64,000 nucleotides of DNA from Amoebophrya sp. A120 (Eukaryota; Protista; Dinoflagellata): contig CAJINV010000001.1 in assembly GCA_905178155.1 (NCBI GenBank), forward strand, positions 1,601,904-1,665,903, read 5' to 3'. Numbering within the stretch: position 1 is the stretch's first letter; the number at the start of each line of letters is the position of its first letter. A program made the translations under genes and the position numbers. Shown here piece after piece: positions 62,958 through 64,000 of the stretch. The notes beneath the pieces are model-generated. The model saw only the letters and a list, made by a program, of their open reading frames with translations, was not told the DNA's origin and did no database searches.

Positions 62958-64000
62958 TCAGTCCGTATCAAAGTCGTCATCCTTGCAGAGTTTGTAGAAC
63001 CACAGCGGGACGGCGATGACAAAGAGCACCCACGCAGCCCACTTGACCGGGTTCGGCTCGTAGATGCCCGGCCACAACACGTCCCAGAGCGAGTACAGAA
63101 CGATCGGGACCGGCTTCGGCTTCGTTCGCGTCTGGTCCGGCTCCACCCAGGGCGCCGTGGCGATGGCCAGGTCCTTATCCTGTGTAAAAACGTCGCCACC
63201 CGAGGGCTGTCATGCAGATTTGCCATGACAGGAACATTTGTGATGCGCATCCCCATGACAAGTTTGTTCGATCGTGTTTGGGTGGAATTTGTAATGCTGT
63301 AAAGAGGATAAGCAGAGCGATTTGTAATGCGGCTGTCCTTGCTAACTTTCACTACCTTACGGACTGCAACTTGTCATGCGTCACTTCCAAAACTCCTTAG
63401 GTTTGTCTTGCAAAATCCCCATCTTGACTCTGGGGTGGGGACGTTTTTACCTAGGATAGTCCTTCCGGCCCTTGGTGCGCGCGTAGAGGATGGGGGTTTC
63501 CGGGTTCCGCGGGGTCATTTTATCGTAAGGAAAAATCTCCTCCCCATATCGAGACAGGATTCGTGATGCTGGATCTGCGTACACAAATGCGCTCTGTATT
63601 GCAGGAAGGCATTGCGGCCAGTAACAAGTCTAGGTCGGGGCGTTTGGTCTAGTTGCTCAGCATTGCAAACGGCTGCCCCCTAGGCCCAACAGCATGCCAA
63701 ATCGCTTCCATAATGGGACGGGAGCTTCGGCGCTTGTGTTCTTGCAAGACAAATGTGATTTGTGAGCACAAATTAGCAACACAAATTTTCGGAAACATAC
63801 CTTTTCAATATGGGGAGGGGGATTTTTCCTTGCAATACATTTCCGTGATCCACCACTGGTGCAGCGCCTTCTTGTTGTCCGGGTCCGGCGGTGCGTGGAT
63901 CAGGTAGAGCTGGCTCCTCCCCGTGTCTATCAAGTGCAAATATCGATCTGGGTCTGGAAACTTGTCGTGCTAAAGTGTGTTTGGTGGGCGGACTGCAATA
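62958..64000 (-). CDS. 3' part of a hypothetical gene with a C-terminal TM helix
   Basis: ..TKGRKD|LAIATAPW..WAAWVLFVIAVPLWFYK..*; continues beyond the window. Confidence 0.65.
63176..63458. mobile_element. Introner, family B
   Basis: tatcctgtgtaaaaacgtcgccaccc...gggtggggacgtttttacctaggata; direct repeat gtcct. Confidence 0.9.
63597..63837. mobile_element. Possible degenerate introner
   Basis: tattgcaggaa...ttccttgcaata inverted repeat; no direct repeat retained. Confidence 0.45.
63928..64000. mobile_element. Introner, family D (cut by the window end)
   Basis: tatcaagtgcaaatatcgatctgggtctggaa. Confidence 0.75.

Noticed and set aside
1-64000. tRNA, rRNA, snRNA genes or an autonomous transposase
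   Set aside because: None recognised by eye; tRNAscan-SE, Infernal and HMM searches would be needed to exclude them.

Overview
Eukaryotic alveolate genomic DNA. The gene content and intron architecture point to a syndinian dinoflagellate such as Amoebophrya (inference). About 15 genes lie here, all on the minus strand: an alveolin/IMC protein, SepSecS, an Amun-like HhH protein, a ~1,724-aa protein with an RNase H-like domain, a P2X-like receptor, a TPR protein, a DegP/HtrA protease, a Tudor+SET(SMYD-like) protein, a RING-TRAF-MATH protein, a GT8 glycosyltransferase, a mitochondrial-type PheRS and several hypotheticals. The dominant feature is about 34 small elements (mostly 115-310 bp) that interrupt conserved reading frames. 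They have TAT...ATA ends, terminal inverted repeats, 5-bp target duplications and a shared internal GCAT(G/C/T)ACAA motif. They fall into at least 5 sequence families, occur in both orientations and mostly lack GT-AG ends. Removing element plus one repeat restores the frame, so they behave as transposon-derived non-canonical introns (introners). The window also holds nested transposons inside introners, a Helitron2-like element pair, and a 4.3-kb stack of elements separated by copies of one ~50-bp exonic target. All coordinates and splice models were read by eye; no searches were run.
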